Under the pieces are notes generated by a model. That model was not told where the DNA came from. It did not search any database and saw only the letters and a program-made list of their open reading frames with translations. Below, piece by piece: positions 44,701-48,947 of a DNA stretch of 48,947 nt. Location of the stretch: the NCBI GenBank assembly GCA_001642005.1, contig LWCA01000136.1, positions 1-48,947 on the forward strand, written 5' to 3'. Positions within the stretch are counted from its first letter, which is position 1. Each line of letters begins with the position of its first letter. The position numbers and the translations under genes are program-made. The stretch is from Intoshia linei (lineage: Eukaryota > Animalia > Orthonectida).

Positions 44701-47700
44701 GTATTTTAGTATTCATATATTTTTTTTCCGAAATATTTTATTAAAACAAAAAATGTGAATAATTTACTGGTCCCGAAAATTAAAAAAATAAAAGGAGATT
44801 ATTCTGATCGACCTTATTCCAGTTGATATAAATACAAAATTGCAACCCCACAAATCAACGCATTGCCGGTGAAAAATAATTTTTAATATATTTTTCAAAT
44901 ATTTCGCTTAAAATAAAAATTGACAAGTAAATATTGGTTTCAAACATTATTTACATATATTAAATATCTGATACATATTATATATGTAATTATATTATAT
45001 ATAAATAAAAACCATTGAATCTATATCACATGGAGGAGTTTTATCAAACATGCAATGAATTTGAGATATCAAGCTCACCAGTAAAGGTCTTAAACTAGAG
45101 CTCATAGGAGTAGTTCCAAGAAAACTAAAAATAAATGCATAATTTACAAAAATATATAAAAATACCGATAAATTGTTACACCACTTGGTACATGCAATAA
45201 TGATTTTTTAATACCAACTGCAAACAAAGATGTTTTTCCACTTCCTGATTCTCCACTAATGATTAATGGATGCACTGAATTTCCTTTTAAGTAATTTCCA
45301 ATCGTCTAAATTGATTCAATACAAATACTTGAATACAAATATTTTAAAGTTCAATAAAAATTTTAAAAATAAATCTACAACTGTAATTCACCTGTAACGC
45401 GAAAAAAATGACAAATTTTTACTTTAATTGAAAGAATGCAATTTTTTTAAATATTCAATGTGGAAAATAATGCCCATATTTTCAAAAATTTTGTCGAGGT
45501 ATTTGATCCCTAAGAGGTTTCTCTCAGTATCGTAGGTTCGACTCTGTTCCAAGGGTCTTAACTTGAAATTTTAAATTTATCACACAAAATAATTGATATT
45601 CAACGATATCATTTTTATAAATTTTCAATTTGGAAAAATGAGGCCACTATTTTATATAAAACTTTAATCGATGTCAAAAGGAGTGTCGGAGTAGGTAGGT
45701 CGGTTCGGTTAATTTAAATAGTTAAACACAGGCACGTTATTAGCAACTATTTCTAACATTCTAAACTTTCAGGTTGTTGAATTTTATTTCGTATTTTAAA
45801 ATTTTACCTCTAATATGTCTTTTCTTCCATGATAGGATTTAACCTTACTCCTACAGAATAACATGTGTTGAACTACTTCATCATAAATTGGATTTTTTAT
45901 TTCATTGCATTCTCTTTTCTCGATTCCTCTTTTAATAAATTTCTTTAATTCATCTTCAAATAAATCGCATAATTCACTAATATATTTTTGATGTTCAGAT
46001 AAATTTGTATCGATACCTATTAAATATTTATTAAAATATAAACAACTAGTTCGACTGTTATGTTATGTTCGACCTCGTCAAAGTACGTAGCTCTGCTTAG
46101 TTTTCAGGTATGTATTTAAGCACATATTTTAGGTTAGAGTTTGTATTTTTAACATTTTTGAGGCACTTAGTCATTTATAATTTAAATTAATCGTTACGCA
46201 AGCTCACATTTCAACAACATTTATTTCATATAATAAAAATAATTAACCGTTTTCAGACCAATCGATTTCAAATTTAATAATATTTTTAGGTGGCAATTTT
46301 TGAGGTAATTTATATTCAGATAAATTGCTTAAAAGTACATTCGCATCATTTTCGTGTTCAGAAAATGTATTTTTGTGGCCATCTAATACATATATAATTA
46401 ATTAATAATAATTCGTAAATAATTAAATAGATTCATACCAAAATATTTGCTAAGTGTATTTGAAAACGAAGCATCTTCAATTCCATTAAATTTCCTTTTA
46501 AACCATAAACAACTCGATTCAACTTCAGCAGAATTTAAATTTATTATTCCTTCGTATAATTCTTTCTCAGTAACTAAATTATTTTAAACGCATAAATAAT
46601 AAGATGAGTATTTCAAAATTAATTAATTACCTGAAACAATATACGGTAAAACTTTTTCAGTGCTATTTAAATATGTTTTAGCACCATTAGATAAAATAAT
46701 TTGCATTCTTTCAAAAGAAGCCCACCATTCAGAACTTGCTGCCTTTTGTTTCTTTTCGTCGTTAGAAATATAATCTGGTAAAATCGTACTTATCCTTTTT
46801 AACACATAAGCTGGTGGAACTATGTTTTCGTCCTTCTTAAACCATCTAATATACGATTTACTTAAAATGTAATTAAACGCATTTACAGTTTAGTTATTAT
46901 TAGTTATTAAGTCTACCTTTAATTAAACTCAAAACTAATACTAAGCCAAGTTTTATCAAAATTTTATTCATGTGACAACTACGGTTAAAACGAGTAAATT
47001 TTTACTAATAAAAAACAATTTACTGAATTTTAGTAAAATGTTAGTAAAAATGGGAAAAATAAAAATTTTAATTACAGCTGTACAATGTATAAATTATTGC
47101 AAAAAAGATATTATAACCAGAGAAATAAAAATTTGATCTGTCTCATGCGTTATCAAAAAGATCCTAAATCACTAAAAAAAGTTAGAAGGTCAGACCCTCT
47201 CTTTGTAATGGCAGATAGGGTATCATTCGAAAGCTTACATCATTACTATCAAGGTTATTTAATAATTTTAAAATTATATAAAAGAATATTATTGAAAATT
47301 TTATTGTAAAAAAAAGTTTTGAAACTCGTATATGATCTACCGCTGAACATTAGATTTGAAAATTAACACTCAATGTAACTTTGAAAAAAGACTTGATAGT
47401 AAATGTGATACTATTTAAATTATGGTTGATAGAGAAATGAAAATGTTTTAAATTCAAGTTGGTTACCTATATCATTTATATATATTGCCAACTTCTATTT
47501 GTTCAGAAAAAGCGTTTTCTCATTCAGGAAATTGCTGACAGGAATTACCATTTCCCAAATGAGAAATCGAGTAGGCAATGAATCAAAAAATTATAAATAA
47601 ATAGTATTTCTATAATTAATTTTCTTTAAAAAAAATATTTCAGTTTATACTGTTTTACTAGTAAATTGTTAACCCTATTCACAATAATAATTATTGTTGT

Positions 47701-47991
47701 ACAAGGATCTACATCATAATTCTACACTATATATATTATAAGTCAAACACTACACAATAGTCACTTTAATGATGTTTAAACGTTATAGTATTTTTTACAT
47801 AATATTATAAAAACCCACCTTTTAATCATCTACTATCAATCATACCCATAAACAATAGTACGATACTACGTAATATACCTATCAATCAGTTGTTGGTCAA
47901 CTTCAGATAAATTTGAAGTTATTTTATGAAATTCTTTATGATCAATTTTTTTTGGAAATGGTCTGTATCCATATTTGTGTGATAGGAACGT
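32752..47991 (-). CDS. NWD1/NWD2-like DUF4062-NACHT-WD40 protein; 5' exons lie beyond the window end
   Basis: Phase-consistent exons 47991-47879, 46845-46631, 46573-46439, 46382-46248, 46016-45808, 45305-45166, 45124-45013, 44059-43844, 43805-42952, 42886-42601, 41780-41612, 38103-37899, 37835-36655, 36023-35914, 35833-35614, 35566-35468, 34910-34726, 33039 to about 32898, and about 32783-32752 (3' end tentative). Motifs: KYGYRPFP, DENIVPP, Walker A GESGSGKT, RFLGTTP, Walker B IFLDSLDQL, GLSELEIEDLLSL, RRLPPLLWVRL, WYHRQF, PPGG...GH, and WD repeats (SNDASLKSWD, SEDNIIRLWD). Confidence 0.88.
33077..33340 (+). mobile_element. hAT MITE
   Basis: TIR CAGGGTGCACGACCT / AGGTTGTGCAACCCTG; 8-bp TSD GCCTATGC/GTCTAGGC (6/8). 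Confidence 0.85.
35009..35381 (-). mobile_element. Non-autonomous Helitron with intact termini and an internal triplication
   Basis: The minus strand reads A|TCCTAACTTACATAAAATGC ... GTACGTAGTACAAAACAGCCAAGCTAG|T. Confidence 0.88.
39000..39320 (-). pseudogene. pogo/Tigger (DDE_1, CENP-B-like) transposase C-terminal remnant
   Basis: The minus strand translates TWQRVKTETIKNCFSKTKI...IDFDEY, matching the W..V...TI.NCF.K motif that follows the DDE_1 core; stops are present. Confidence 0.6.
39349..41285 (+). mobile_element. Decayed hAT transposon (frameshifted transposase about 39760-41150) in an NWD-gene intron
   Basis: Fragments FSLILDESTD, GTDGASNL, VKCICHSLHL (CxxH) and the dimerization motif LPISNATVEKIFS...RNKL. 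Left TIR CAGTGTTGTCAG at 39349; weak right TIR at 41274-41285 (8/12); no TSD recognised. Confidence 0.85.
44271..44936 (+). mobile_element. Non-autonomous Helitron, 3'-truncated
   Basis: A|TCCTTACTTATATAATATGC start; colinear with 4001-4680. Confidence 0.85.
46980..47677 (+). mobile_element. Deleted hAT derivative retaining a dimerization-domain remnant
   Basis: Ends TACGGTTAA.../...TTAACCCTA; partial TSD GTGACAAC/TTCACAAT; internal translation TSICSEKAFSHSGN (about 47490-47531). Confidence 0.6.
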
Positions 47992-48072
47992 CTAAAAATT
48001 ACATAAATGAGTAAATTTAGACATGTGTTACTACCGTGAATATCATTAATTATTAATTTTATGCAAATGGTA

Positions 48073-48674
48073 CAGTTCGACCTCGCTTTGGACAAACCTC
48101 GGTGTGGGGCATATTCAGTTTTTGGGGCACTTTTTCAGAATTATGTTAATTTTATAGTATTATAGTATAGTAATATTGATGGCATAGTAATATATGTAAA
48201 ATTAACCCCGCTTTTGGGGTAAAAATGTTGTAAATATAATATATATAAGTATAATTCCTATAGTGATTATTTTGAAAAATTTTGATGAAAATTAAATTTA
48301 TTTAAATATTTTACATATATTTTTATATGTATTTATGATAATTCATTAATTTTTCATTAATACCTATATTTTAATATCTGATAACTTATTAATTACTATT
48401 CTAGATTAGAAAGTAACTATAAATCTAAAAATTAAGTATACATAATAATGTATAATTAAAAAATATTCATAACTTTGATTTGATATTTTTATTAATTTTT
48501 TTTAGGTATTTACCTGAAAATATCACCCTAAAGCGTGTTGGACTCTAATAGAAACAAATATAATATACTATATGGAAATAGTTTAAATATTCAATGAAAA
48601 ATTAGATAAATTATTAAAACCCTTGATTTTAGGACACTTTTCAAAAAATGGTGCCCCAATCCGAGGTCCCACTG
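48073..48674. mobile_element. pogo/Tigger-type MITE
   Basis: TA|CAGTTCGACCTCG ... CGAGGTCCCACTG|TA, with inverted subterminal TGGGGCA motifs; related fragment at about 46066-46170. Confidence 0.7.
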
Positions 48675-48947
48675 TATAACATTTATAATTATAATAATAA
48701 ATTAAATAAAAAAATAAATAAAATAAATGAAATTATAAATAAAGTACATAATTTACAATGTGTAATAATAGTAATGTATAATTTTAACTTATATAACACT
48801 GTCCAACATTGCAAAAAGAAACTTATTGTAACATATTAAAATAATCAGCTAATTTTTGTGGTTCTAACGATTTACATATTTTTTAAATTGAAAATCGAAA
48901 ACATGTGATATTTTAATTAGTAATTTTACTATTCTATTAAATTTTTA

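Overview
AT-rich eukaryotic (animal) genomic DNA with spliced genes, so the ORF track shows only exon fragments. By reading GT-AG junctions and checking phases by hand I reconstruct six genes. These are a divergent ARMC6 (minus, 3' end off-window), NOG1/GTPBP4 (plus, 14 exons), an SK/KCNN Ca2+-activated K+ channel (plus, 11 exons), an unusual gamma-glutamylcyclotransferase-like / MAPR-type cytochrome-b5-like fusion (plus, 3 exons), KATNAL2 (minus, about 10 exons) and an NWD1/NWD2-like DUF4062-NACHT-WD40 protein (minus, 5' end off-window). Many introns are 34-47 nt. The long introns and intergenic spacers are filled with DNA transposons: a modular non-autonomous Helitron family (A|TC...hairpin-CTAG|T, about 10 copies or fragments), hAT, pogo/Tigger and Tc1-type MITEs, a decayed hAT transposon apparently nested in a pogo remnant, and a Chapaev-like transposase relic. 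The composition and tiny introns suggest a compact-genome invertebrate such as the orthonectid Intoshia; this is inference only. Family assignments come from recalled motifs, not database searches. The most novel-looking item is the GGCT/cytochrome-b5-like fusion gene.
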